A DNA stretch of 64,000 nucleotides. It comes from a candidate division WOR-3 bacterium (lineage in GTDB: Bacteria > SDB-A). Positions within the stretch are counted from its first letter, which is position 1. Each line of letters opens with the position of its first letter. The stretch is taken from positions 9,626-73,625 of the forward strand of contig JAFGON010000021.1 in NCBI GenBank assembly GCA_016926475.1, read 5' to 3'. Positions 19,813 to 30,200 of this stretch are shown here, piece by piece. The notes under the pieces are model-generated. The model was not told the origin of the DNA, did no database searches, and saw only the letters and a program-made list of their open reading frames with translations. A program made the translations under genes and the position numbers.

Positions 19813-21851
19813 CCGCCTGAATACTCAGAGTCCACGGTTTTGAGGCGGCAAACTTTGTCCCTCGGTTTGACGAGAACCTGGCTGTCTTTACTTCCGTCTC
19901 TGTATATTGTGATTCCTTTGCACCCGAAATCGTAAGCGTTGAGGTAAACCTCTTCTATTTGTTTCCGCGTGGCGTCGCTCGCGAAATTGACGGTCTTGCT
20001 CACCGCGTTGTCCGTGTACTTCTGGAAAGCAGCCTGTATTCTGACGTGCCAGACAGGATCTATATCGTGAGCTGTTACAAATAGATTTTTCAGCTTTTCT
20101 GGTACTGTATCTATATCTTTGAGTTTTTCACCTTCGCTAATTCGGGATATTATGTATTTTTCGTCCAACCCTTCGATTTTTAGCGCTCTGCTGAGCTGTT
20201 CGTTGACTTCCAAAAATTGAGTTCCGTCCAAAACATTTCTGATAAATACCAGATCAAAAAAAGGCTCTATACCGCTAGAAGTTCCGGCTATTATGCTTAT
20301 CGAACCAGTTGGTGCGATAGTAGTCAGAGTGGCGTTTCTTCTCGGTTTTTCACCTCTTTTCGCCATCTCGCTTAATGCAAAACTAGGAAAAGCGCCTTTT
20401 TCCAAAGCGATTTCTTTTGAGGTCATGTCGGCTTCGGCGGTGATGAATTTCATCACTTCTTCGGCGGTGTTTTCTGCCTCTTTGGAGTCATACCTGATTC
20501 CTAGAGACACAAGAAAATCGGCGAAACCCATAAGTCCCAATCCGATTTTTCTGTTCATCTTTACGGTCTTTTCAATAATCGGAAGGGGGTATTTGGATAC
20601 TTCTATGACGTCATCGAGAAACCGAACGCATAATGACACGACTTGACCCAAAGAATCCCAGTCCACGCTTTTGTTTTTTACGAATTTCGAAAGGTTTATC
20701 GAACCGAGATTGCATGCCTCATTCGGAAGCAGGGGCTGTTCGCCGCAGGGGTTCGTGGATTCAATCAACCCCAAATCCTTCAAACTGTGCAGTCGGTTTA
20801 TCCTGTCTATAAAAAGAATTCCCGGATCGCCTCTTTCCCATGCTTTTGAAACTATCAGCTGAAAAATTTCATGGGCGTCAGCTTTCGCCGTCTCCCTTCC
20901 GTTTCTGGGGTTGACCAGTGAATACTTTCTGCTTTTTTTTACCGCCTCCAGAAAAGAATCTGTCAGAGCAACGGAGATATTGAAATTCGAGAATTGTCCG
21001 TCGATGGATTTCGAAGTTATAAAAGATACTATGTCAGGATGGTCAACCCTCAGAACCCCCATGTTCGCGCCTCTTCTTTTACCCCCTTGTTTGATAACTT
21101 CGGTCGCGACATCGAAAACTCTCATGAAGGAAACGGGTCCGGAAGCGATTCCTCCCGTAGACCTGACTTCGTCGTTTGCAGGCCTGAGTCTGGAAAACGA
21201 GAACCCTGTGCCTCCACCAGTCTTGTGAATCAAAGCCGCGTATTTAACCGCGTCGAAAATATCTTCTATCGAATCCTCCACGGGTATGACAAAACAAGCT
21301 GAAAGTTGAGGGAAATCAGTACCCGCGTTCATCAGCGTCGGTGAATTCGGCAGAAATATTTTTTCTTTCATAATCTCGTAAAACTTTTCTCTCCATTGTC
21401 CCGGTTTATCCTCCGCTGAAGATACATATTTCGCAACTCTTTCGAACATTTCGCAGGGAGATTCTTTTATGTTTCCAACAGCGTCTTTGAGAAGGTACCT
21501 TGATTTTAAAACTTCGAGAGCGTTTATCGGAAGTTTTGTCTCATCTCCTTCAATGCCCAAAATAACTTTTTTCGCGGTTCTTAATGAAGCCCTCTCCTGC
21601 CTGTATATGATGTATGCTTTAGCCACATCGAAATAACCAGCTTTCATCAGCTCATTTTCTACCAAGTCCTGTATTTTCTCGATGTCCACGATTTCATCGA
21701 AGGTTTTATCGATTTCTTCAACGACGCTTTTTGTTATCAGTGCAGCCGGACCTGGATCCAAGCCTTTTGCTTTAAAGGCTTTTGATACAGCTCTGTCAAT
21801 TTTTTCCGGGTCGAATTGAACGATTGTGCCGGATCTTTTTTTTACTTTCAT
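19791..21851 (-). CDS. nrdJ: Adenosylcobalamin-dependent ribonucleoside reductase (class II RNR, NrdJ) with N-terminal ATP-cone
   Basis: ATP-cone (KRSGTIVQFDPEKIDRAV), active-site NPCGEQPLLPNEACNLGSINL, C-terminal Cys cluster. Confidence 0.85.
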   Translation of the reverse strand: MKVKKRSGTIVQFDPEKIDRAVSKAFKAKGLDPGPAALITKSVVEEIDKTFDEIVDIEKIQDLVENELMKAGYFDVAKAYIIYRQERASLRTAKKVILGIEGDETKLPINALEVLKSRYLLKDAVGNIKESPCEMFERVAKYVSSAEDKPGQWREKFYEIMKEKIFLPNSPTLMNAGTDFPQLSACFVIPVEDSIEDIFDAVKYAALIHKTGGGTGFSFSRLRPANDEVRSTGGIASGPVSFMRVFDVATEVIKQGGKRRGANMGVLRVDHPDIVSFITSKSIDGQFSNFNISVALTDSFLEAVKKSRKYSLVNPRNGRETAKADAHEIFQLIVSKAWERGDPGILFIDRINRLHSLKDLGLIESTNPCGEQPLLPNEACNLGSINLSKFVKNKSVDWDSLGQVVSLCVRFLDDVIEVSKYPLPIIEKTVKMNRKIGLGLMGFADFLVSLGIRYDSKEAENTAEEVMKFITAEADMTSKEIALEKGAFPSFALSEMAKRGEKPRRNATLTTIAPTGSISIIAGTSSGIEPFFDLVFIRNVLDGTQFLEVNEQLSRALKIEGLDEKYIISRISEGEKLKDIDTVPEKLKNLFVTAHDIDPVWHVRIQAAFQKYTDNAVSKTVNFASDATRKQIEEVYLNAYDFGCKGITIYRDGSKDSQVLVKPRDKVCRLKTVDSEYSGGCEECGV

Positions 21852-22552
21852 ATAAAACCTCTTGCGCTGACTTTTGAAAAATATTTCTTTGCGGTTTGAA
21901 CCATTTCTTCAATGACTTCCCTTTTGTGTGGCTTGATTTTTTTGTAATCTTCTGAAAAGGTCTTATCAGGGATAAAATTTTGAATCACGTATCTTCTGTC
22001 TCCCCCGAGAACAGAGCCAATCCAGGTGATGTCCCCTATTTCGACAAGTCCGGGGACGGCCGTAGTCCTCAATTCATAGGCTATATGTTCAGAATCTAAA
22101 ATTTTCACAATTTCAGCAATACCTTCAAAATTGAATTTTACTCCGGTTGCAGCGTCATATTTTTCAGGTGAACTTTTGACGTCCATGGAAACATAGTCCA
22201 CAATTCTTTTTCTTGCAATCTCTTCTATCTTTACGGGGTTCGTGCCGTTTGTGTCAAGTTTTACCTGAAACCCTTTTTGTTTGAGATCAGACATGAAATC
22301 AGCCAAATCATTTTGTAGAGTCGGTTCACCTCCGGTAATCGCGACCGAATCTATAAGCTTCTTTCTGGCTTCAAGAATTTTGAACGCCTCATCTAAACTC
22401 ATGAAATTTTCATTTTTGAAAGGTATGAGTTCCGGGTTATGGCAGTAAGGGCATCTGCAATTGCAGCCCTGAGTAAAAAACACCGAGCTCAGATGTTCTG
22501 GATAATCAATCGCTGAAAACGGGAGAAATCCTCCAAAGACCATTTCTGACAA
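21848..22552 (-). CDS. nrdG: Anaerobic ribonucleoside-triphosphate reductase activating protein (radical SAM)
   Basis: CNCRCPYCHN radical-SAM motif near the N-terminus, 234 aa. Confidence 0.85.
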   Translation of the reverse strand: MSEMVFGGFLPFSAIDYPEHLSSVFFTQGCNCRCPYCHNPELIPFKNENFMSLDEAFKILEARKKLIDSVAITGGEPTLQNDLADFMSDLKQKGFQVKLDTNGTNPVKIEEIARKRIVDYVSMDVKSSPEKYDAATGVKFNFEGIAEIVKILDSEHIAYELRTTAVPGLVEIGDITWIGSVLGGDRRYVIQNFIPDKTFSEDYKKIKPHKREVIEEMVQTAKKYFSKVSARGFI

Positions 22553-22564
22553 CCGTTCTTTCTA

Positions 22565-24700
22565 TCACGCAGGGACAGCAGCCATTTTTGTGTTATCTCT
22601 CCGCTTGGATTCGTCGGTATTTTGCCGCGAATCTTTTTCGACCTTGTATGTGATCCTCTCCGAAAATTCTTCCTTTTTGCCCTTGTTCCAATTCTTCACC
22701 GGTCTGTAGTACCCAACGACTCTGCTGTAAATCTCTGTCTCTCTGCCGCACTTAGGGCAGGTTTCGACTTTCCCTTTTATGTAACCGTCTACAGGGCACA
22801 CAGAAAAGGTCGGTGATATGGTGAAGTAAGGTAAAGTGTATCCGTAGGCGACCTTTCTTACAAGGTTTTTAATGCTGGATGAATCGCCACTCTCTCCAAG
22901 AAATATATGCAGGACGGTTCCACCGGTGTATTTTGTCTGCAGTTCTTCCTGATGCTCTAAAACTTCAAATACGTCCTGAGAAAAATCGACCGGAAGAAGG
23001 CTTGAGTTAGTATAGTATGGGTTTTCGCTTCCGCTGGTTATTATATTTCTGAACATTTTCTTGTCTATTTTCGGCAGTCTGTAAGATGCTCCTTCGGCAG
23101 GAGTGGCTTCTAAATTGTACATACTACCAGTCTGCTGCTGGAACGACATCAGTTTTTCGCGCATAAAATCCAGAACTCTTGCCGCAAAAGCTTTGCCTTT
23201 GGGCGTCGAAATATCGTTTTCAGGACCCATGAAATTCAACACGGCTTCATTCATGCCTACCAGCCCTATGGTAGAGAAATGATTTTCGAGCGTACCCAGA
23301 TAAACCTTAGTATAGGGAAAAAGCCCTTTCTCCATGTTTTTTTCCACGATTTTCCTCTTTATTTCAAGGCTGTCCCTGGCAATATTCATGACAGACGACA
23401 GTCTTTTAAAAAATTCATCTTCATTCGACGAAAGGTATCCAATTCTCGGCATATTGATAGTCACTACGCCTATGGATCCGGTTTGCTCTCCGCTTCCGAA
23501 AAGTCCTCCTGTTTTGTTTTTGAGCTCTCTTATATCGAGCTGCAGCCTGCAACACATGGATCTTACATCGGAGGGTTTAAGAGAACTGTTTACGAAATTC
23601 TGGAAATAGGGAATTCCGTATTTTGCAGTCAATTCAAATAGCAAATCGACATTTTCATCTTCCCAGTCGAAATCCCTTGTTATGTTGTATGTGGGGATGG
23701 GAAAAGTGAATATTCTGCCTGTCGAGTCGCCTTCCATCATCACTTCTATAAAGGCTTTGTTGATGATATTCATCTCTTTTTGAAAATCTCCGTATACGAA
23801 ATCCGTGAATTCGGTGCCTATCTGAACGGACTGGTCTTTCAAGTCTTCGGGGACAACCCAGTCAAAAGTCAGGTTAGTGAAAGGGGTCTGCCCTCCCCAC
23901 CTTGAAGCCACGTTGAGGTTGAATACAAACGCCTGTATAGCCTGTTTAACTTGCTGGTAATTGAGGTTGTCAAACCTGACATAAGGAGCAAGATACGTGT
24001 CAAAAGAGCTGAAAGCCTGCGCTCCGGCCCACTCGTTTTGAGCTGTGCCCAAAAAGTTAACTATCTGACCGAGAGCGGAGAGTAAATGCCTGGGAGGTTG
24101 GGCGGAAACTTTGGCTTCTACCCCGCCAAAACCTTGGGTCAAGAGGTTTCTTATCGACCAACCCGCGCAGTACCCAGCAATCCCCATCGAAAGATCGTGG
24201 ATGTGTATGTCCCCATGCCTGTGAGCATAGGACACTTCCGGCGGGTATATTTTGTTTAGAGTGTAATTTGCGACCACGCTTCCAGCGGCGTGAAGAAGAA
24301 GCCCGGAAAAGGAGTAATCCGAGTTGGAATTTTCGTTGACACGCCAATCGCTCTGCTGGACGTAACTGTCGAGTGTGTCTACGACGTCGAGCAGAGATTT
24401 TCTGACGTCTCTTAAGCTTTTATGCTGTTCTCTGTAGAGTATGTATGCTTTCGCGGCGTCGTATTCGTTGTTTTCAAAAAGTTTTTTCTCGACTATATCC
24501 TGTGTTTCTTCGACTTCAGGATAATATCCTCTCTGAGATGATTTCAAAATACTATAGGTCTCTTCGGAAATTTTCTTTACCTTTTCCTGGTCAGACACTC
24601 CGACGGCTGCAAGAGCTTTGCTTATAGCATTTTCTATTCTCGAAATCTCAAACGGCATAATCCTGCCGTCTCTTTTTTTCATGTAATTCATGTCTCTCAT
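22565..24700 (-). CDS. nrdD: Anaerobic ribonucleoside-triphosphate reductase (class III, glycyl radical)
   Basis: ATP-cone; C-terminal CPVDG...CPKCG zinc ribbon and glycyl-radical motif SRVVGYY. Confidence 0.9.
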   Translation of the reverse strand: MRDMNYMKKRDGRIMPFEISRIENAISKALAAVGVSDQEKVKKISEETYSILKSSQRGYYPEVEETQDIVEKKLFENNEYDAAKAYILYREQHKSLRDVRKSLLDVVDTLDSYVQQSDWRVNENSNSDYSFSGLLLHAAGSVVANYTLNKIYPPEVSYAHRHGDIHIHDLSMGIAGYCAGWSIRNLLTQGFGGVEAKVSAQPPRHLLSALGQIVNFLGTAQNEWAGAQAFSSFDTYLAPYVRFDNLNYQQVKQAIQAFVFNLNVASRWGGQTPFTNLTFDWVVPEDLKDQSVQIGTEFTDFVYGDFQKEMNIINKAFIEVMMEGDSTGRIFTFPIPTYNITRDFDWEDENVDLLFELTAKYGIPYFQNFVNSSLKPSDVRSMCCRLQLDIRELKNKTGGLFGSGEQTGSIGVVTINMPRIGYLSSNEDEFFKRLSSVMNIARDSLEIKRKIVEKNMEKGLFPYTKVYLGTLENHFSTIGLVGMNEAVLNFMGPENDISTPKGKAFAARVLDFMREKLMSFQQQTGSMYNLEATPAEGASYRLPKIDKKMFRNIITSGSENPYYTNSSLLPVDFSQDVFEVLEHQEELQTKYTGGTVLHIFLGESGDSSSIKNLVRKVAYGYTLPYFTISPTFSVCPVDGYIKGKVETCPKCGRETEIYSRVVGYYRPVKNWNKGKKEEFSERITYKVEKDSRQNTDESKRRDNTKMAAVPA

Positions 24701-25162
24701 CTACTTCTTACCTCCGTCTGACATTTTCTCGAGTTCTTTCAAGAACTCTTCTTTATCTTTAAACTGTCTGTAAACAGATGCGAATCTGACGTAAGAGACT
24801 TCGTCGATGTCTTTCAGCGCTTTCATAACCTTCTCTCCAATTTCTTCAGAGGGGACTTCGACCTTCGACAGCGTGTAGACATCAGCTTCTATGTCGTCCA
24901 CAATTTTTTCAATTTGATCCCTCGAAATCGGCCTTTTCTTGCAAGCCAATTCTATGCCTTCTAAAAGTTTTTCCCGGCTGAAAGGTTCTCGTCTGTCATC
25001 TTTTTTTACCACCATCAAAGGGACTTTCTCGACGTATTCATAAGTTGTGAACCTTTTTGAACAGTTGAGACATTCCCTTCTTCTCCTGACAGAATGTCCC
25101 TCTTTGCTCGGTCTAGAATCGACAACTTTATTGTCTTCACTTCCACAAAATGGACACCTCAT
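24701..25162 (-). CDS. nrdR: Transcriptional repressor NrdR (Zn ribbon + ATP-cone)
   Basis: MRCPFCGSEDNKVVDSRPS...RRRECLNCSKRFTTYE. Confidence 0.95.
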   Translation of the reverse strand: MRCPFCGSEDNKVVDSRPSKEGHSVRRRRECLNCSKRFTTYEYVEKVPLMVVKKDDRREPFSREKLLEGIELACKKRPISRDQIEKIVDDIEADVYTLSKVEVPSEEIGEKVMKALKDIDEVSYVRFASVYRQFKDKEEFLKELEKMSDGGKK

Positions 25163-25183
25163 ATTGCCTCCTATGAATTAGTC

Positions 25184-25219
25184 GAGACTATATTTTGTGG
25201 TATCTGTACTCATTTGTCA
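25184..25219 (-). promoter_or_regulatory. Candidate promoter (TTGACA-N17-CAAAAT) with an overlapping NrdR-box-like imperfect palindrome (ccACAAAATATAGTct) upstream of nrdR
   Basis: Read on the minus strand upstream of the nrdR ATG; partial match to the NrdR box consensus acaCwAtATaTwGtgt. Confidence 0.25.
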
Positions 25220-25312
25220 AGGGATAGTATAAAAATATTTTTCACTAAAAAATAAAGTTATAAGATTCGATAAATCGCAGTATACAATAAATAATTAAAG
25301 TTATGGTTTAAA

Positions 25313-26446
25313 TTAATAGGTCTGAGGCGGAACAGAGCCTTTCTGCGCCAAAAATGCCGCGTCTTTCAAGGCTTTCATCTCGTCTCCTCCAGGCAGGCAA
25401 AAGAAACTGCCCATCCATTGGACTCTATTTTTTATGAATTCGACTATGAAATCGCAATAAGCGATTCCCCCTGTGAGCACAATAGCGTCAGGTCTTTCGC
25501 CAAGAGCGCCACAGAGAGAACCCGTCTCTTTGCATATCTGATAAGCCATTGCCTCAATTACATCTTTAGCATATTCAACAGTCACGGAAGGCAATATTTG
25601 AGATTTCTCTTTATCCGTCAAATCCCTGTTTTCTATGAACTTCTCAAGAATTATCAGGTCTGAAGTTCCCAGGTAAGCAACGAGGCCGCCTCTGCCTTTG
25701 ATTTTAAGCTTAATCTCTTGATGGGTGAAATTACCCGAAAAGCACATTTTTGCCAATCCTCCCGAAGGAACGCCTCCGCTTCTTTGAGGTGTAAAAGGTC
25801 CATCCCCGTCGAGTGCGTTGTTGACATCGACGACTCTTCCCTTTCTGTGAAGCCCAACTGAAATCCCTCCTCCACCGTGTATTATTATCATGTTCAATTC
25901 TTCGTATTTTTTACCCATATTTTCAGCGACGTTTCTCCCCACCCTCCTCTGGTTGAGAGCGTGAAAAATTGAAATTCTCGGGTTTTCCGGCATGCCTGAA
26001 TACCTCGACCATTTCCACATTTCATCGACTACGACAGGATCGGATATGTAAGCATCGATTTCTTTTCCGGAAAATTCCTTTACCCTGTCAGCCAACGCTT
26101 TGGCTAGTATTCCTCCAAGATTCGAAGGGTGATCACCGTTCAGCCCATTTTTTAGGTCTTCGAGCATATCATCGGTGACGAGATAAGTTCCTCCGGGAAT
26201 CGGCTTGAGCAAACCTCCCCTTCCTATAACAGCGTCTATTTGTCCAATGTCCACGTTCTTTTCTTCGAGTGTTTTCATTATGAGGGCAAACCTTAACTCG
26301 TACTGAGAAATTACAGACTTTGATTCGTAAGGTTTCATTTCTTCTGCGGAATACCTGGTCACCGCGTGAAATATCTCTTCATCTCCGTCAAAAAAACTCA
26401 ATTCGTCGCTTGTAGATCCAGGGTTTATGACAAAAATTTTCAACAT
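25313..26446 (-). CDS. buk: Butyrate kinase
   Basis: MLKIFVINPGSTS...VIGRGGLLKPIPGGTY...SNLGG...HALNQ...IIHGGGGISVG; near full-length similarity to clostridial Buk; start taken at MLKIF. Confidence 0.85.
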   Translation of the reverse strand: MLKIFVINPGSTSDELSFFDGDEEIFHAVTRYSAEEMKPYESKSVISQYELRFALIMKTLEEKNVDIGQIDAVIGRGGLLKPIPGGTYLVTDDMLEDLKNGLNGDHPSNLGGILAKALADRVKEFSGKEIDAYISDPVVVDEMWKWSRYSGMPENPRISIFHALNQRRVGRNVAENMGKKYEELNMIIIHGGGGISVGLHRKGRVVDVNNALDGDGPFTPQRSGGVPSGGLAKMCFSGNFTHQEIKLKIKGRGGLVAYLGTSDLIILEKFIENRDLTDKEKSQILPSVTVEYAKDVIEAMAYQICKETGSLCGALGERPDAIVLTGGIAYCDFIVEFIKNRVQWMGSFFCLPGGDEMKALKDAAFLAQKGSVPPQTY

Positions 26447-26482
26447 ACATTCACTCCCCATTCAATGGCTAAAACGCCCCCT

Positions 26483-27238
26483 TTAAAACAAGCCTTCGTA
26501 AGTGATCTCCATACACCTCGCTATTTTCGACCACCTGGTGCCGCTTTGCCCATTTTCGGTGACGTTGATAAAATAAAAGGCGACGCTCAAATCGTTTGAA
26601 GGCCAAACCTTCAGTCCTGCGTTCAAGTATCCTCTGCCCTCCCCGAAAATGCCGTCATTCTCCATATCGTTGAGAGCGAATCTGTAATCAGCCAACAATT
26701 CAACTATTCTCTCGAAGCAAACCTGGCCACCCGCAAAAATGTCGACGGCGTTTTCCGTGCTGTCTGCGTCCGGTTCAAAAGAAAGTCCTCCGTGAAGCCC
26801 TAAATAATCGAACACTGCGAAGGCCTTGCTGCCTACGAGATAAAACTCCGATGGTTTTCTGTCAAACCTGCTGTATCCCCTTTCGTAAGAACCGTAGCCA
26901 AAAGAGCTGTAACCTACGGCGACAGCCGGAAAATAGATGTTTTCTTCAAAAATCCTGAAACGAGCTTCTATGAAAGGATAAGGGTTCCAGTCCGGATCCC
27001 CTTCTCCGATGATGTTCCCTCCCCCGTAACCCAAAATTACGTAAAACCTGTTGATAAAAGCCACTCCGGTATACCCCGTGAGTCTTCCGCCGGGATCTTG
27101 TCGAAGGTCGAATACATAACCACCGTGTGGAGGGACCCCTGCTGTGGGCACTTCTATGACTTTAAGAGGTTGAAAATCCGCGTAAGAACAACTAAAAGCT
27201 GCAGTTAAAATCAAAAAAGCAGATATAAAATATCTCAT
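26483..27238 (-). CDS. Hypothetical small outer-membrane beta-barrel-like protein
   Basis: Signal peptide MRYFISAFLILTAAFSCSYA, Gly/Tyr-rich, C-terminal ...YEGLF (terminal Phe). Confidence 0.5.
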   Translation of the reverse strand: MRYFISAFLILTAAFSCSYADFQPLKVIEVPTAGVPPHGGYVFDLRQDPGGRLTGYTGVAFINRFYVILGYGGGNIIGEGDPDWNPYPFIEARFRIFEENIYFPAVAVGYSSFGYGSYERGYSRFDRKPSEFYLVGSKAFAVFDYLGLHGGLSFEPDADSTENAVDIFAGGQVCFERIVELLADYRFALNDMENDGIFGEGRGYLNAGLKVWPSNDLSVAFYFINVTENGQSGTRWSKIARCMEITYEGLF

Positions 27239-27247
27239 GAACCCTCC

Positions 27248-30200
27248 CTAGCAGCTGATTTCAGCCACGTATTTTACTTTACCCCTGTAATCAACAATAT
27301 TCTCCAATTCATTCACCAGAGATCTGTCGAAACACACGCTTAGACCGCTCTTTATTTTTATCTTCCTGTTTCTCTCTCTCAGCAAAAAAAACACTTCACA
27401 TTCTCCATTGTGCAAATCAATTGCTTCTTTGATGTTATTCAAAACAGAGTCTTTCATGTCTTCTTCTTTGATTTCAATTTGCAGAAATTTTTTGCTCTGT
27501 GAAATAGCGTCATCAATTGGTTTCGCTTCATCGGCGTAGAGAATTTTTTTTCCGTCGACTTTTTTTGTCACACCCCTTACGGCGATTATCTTCCCTATAT
27601 ATTTTCTCGACAAAAAACCAGAATGAATCTTGCTGTCGGGATTGACTAAAACGACTTCCATAACAGTATTCTTGTCCTCAAGGGTCAAATTGAGGCTTTC
27701 TTTTCCATTCTCGACTTTTATTAGCATTCCGGCGGCATAGCAATTTTCATCCTTGACGTTGGGCAGTTCACATATTTCGCAGAGTCCTTTGAAATTTATG
27801 AATTTTTTGTATTCTTCGAGTGGGTAGGCGTCAATTTTAAACCCGAAAGCCTCCTGCTCCGCATCCACCTTTTCCCTGTAAGACCATGGGTCCACAGAGA
27901 TACTGTCAATTTCATGCCGGTCGAGTTCTCCGTTGCCGAAGAGTTCTATCTGCCCCATAAGCTTGTGTTTTTTCTTAGAAGCCGCTTTTTCAATTCCTTT
28001 GTCGAAGTAGTCGAGAAGCTTTTTTCTGTCCGGATCTAAATCGTCAAAAGCCCCTGCTTTTACTAGATACTCCACAGTTCTTTTGGTTGCGGAATCGAAA
28101 TTTATCCTGTTTAAAAAATCGTCAAAATCTTTGAACAGCCCTCTCTCCTCCCTCTCATGGACTATCTCGTTCGCAGCCTTTTCACCTACATTTTTTATCG
28201 CTCCGAGGGCGTACCTGATGTACTTGTTTTCAACGGAGAAGGCGACCTCGGAATAATTAACCTGAGGCGGGAGTATATTTATCTTCAAACGCCTCGCTTC
28301 TTCGACGAATTCGGCAATTTTGTCGGTGTTTGAAATCTCCGTTGTCAAGGTCGCTGTAATGAATTCGACAGGATAGTGCGTTTTGAGATATGCAGTGTAA
28401 TAGGCTAAAAAAGCGTATCCTGCTCCATGGGATTTATTGAAGCCGTACCCGGCGAAAGGTTCTATCATTTCCCAAATTTTCTGCGCTGTTTTTTTGTCTA
28501 TTCCCCTTTCACGGGCTCCATTAAAAAAATTTTCCTTTTCGCTTTCCATCACTTCCTTTTTTTTCTTTCCCATAGCTCTTCTTAGAATGTCGGCTTTTCC
28601 GAGGTTGTAACCCGCGACCGCGCTTGTAATCTGCATCACCTGTTCCTGATATATCGGTATCCCGTATGTCTCTTCGAGAATAGGTTTAAGGCATTCGTGC
28701 AAAAAATCGGTTTTCTCTTTTCTGTTTTTTCTCGCAATGAATTTGTCTATGTGATCCATCGGACCCGGTCTGTAGAGAGATATTATAGCAATTACTTCCT
28801 GTATGGATTCCGGCTTGAGTTGAACGCAGAGATTTTTCATACCTTTCGATTCAAGTTGAAAAATGCCCTTCGTCTGACCGGAAGAAAGCAGTTTAAAAGT
28901 CTTTTTGTCTTCTAGAGAAATCTTTTCCATATCGACAGGGTTGTTTCTCGACTTTTCGATGAGATCAACCGTCTTGTCTATTGTCGTCAGAGCTGTGAGG
29001 CCGAGAATATCTACTTTTATGAGTCCAACATCGGTAATTGAATCCATGTCATACTGGCATACTATTTGACCGAATTTGTCTTTTCTTAGAGGGACAAAAT
29101 CGGTGAGGTTTCCTGGCGCTATGATGAATCCGGCGGCGTGAATCCCGGGTTGTCTTTTCAGACCTTCGAGCTTAGAAGCAATTTGGACGAGTTTTACAAG
29201 TCTTGCGTCAGAATCGACTTTTTCTCTGAATCCGTTTAAATTGTTTTCATAAACCCATTCGACATCAGATCTTGAATCTTCCGAAGGTTTGTCGATGAAG
29301 TAAGTTTCAGGCATATTCGAGGACAATTCATCTATTTCTTTTGGGGTGAGACCGAGAACTTTGGCGACGTCTCTGACAACTTGTCTTGCTCCAAGACTCG
29401 CGGCGGTACCTATGTAGCAAACAGCGTCTCTTCCGAATCTTCTCACCATGTATTCTATTACTTCGTTTCTCCTGTCGTCGGCAAAGTCGAGGTCGATATC
29501 TGGAGCCGTCACCCTTTCGGGGTTCAAAAACCGTTCGAAAAGAAGAGAATATTCCATCGGATTTATCGTCACTATGTCGAGACAGTAAAGGACCATGCTG
29601 CCGACAGCCGATCCTCTTCCCGGTCCGACTCGGATCTTGTTTTTTTTCGCTTCTCTGACTATATCCGCAATTATTAGAAAATAACCAGCGTATCCAGTCT
29701 GTTCAATTACACTCAATTCTTCTTCTATTCTCGAAACAATTTTCTCTGTCATACCCCCTTTAAATTTTTGCTTCGCCCCTTCCCATGTCAGATGTTTCAA
29801 GTATTCCTCCGGTCTTTTAAACCCCGGGGGTATGTCAAAATCAGGCAGTCTCGGAGAATTTGGGTCAAGCGTCATCTCAAAAACGCATTTTTCGGCAATT
29901 TTAACGGTGTTTTCCAACGCCTCCGGCACTTCACGAAAACTTTCGTACATTTCTGCTTGTGATTTGAAATATATCCCTTTCGGGCTCGTCATTCTGTCTT
30001 CATCAGTGAATGTCTTCTTCGTGTTTATGCACAAAAGAGCTTCATGAGCCAAATGATCCTGTTTATCAATAAAATGGACATCATTTGTGGCGACAACTCC
30101 TATTCCGGCTTTCTTGGCAAGTTCAATTTGAGCTCTGTTGAGCGAATCGTTTTGAGGAAGGCCTATATCCATGAGTTCGAGATAGAAATCGCCATGAAAA

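Noticed and set aside
25163-25312. Possible cobalamin riboswitch ahead of the nrd operon
   Set aside because: No B12-box-like core (AGYCMGgAgaCCkGCc) is visible in either orientation. The region is AT-rich promoter DNA with only an NrdR-box-like palindrome.
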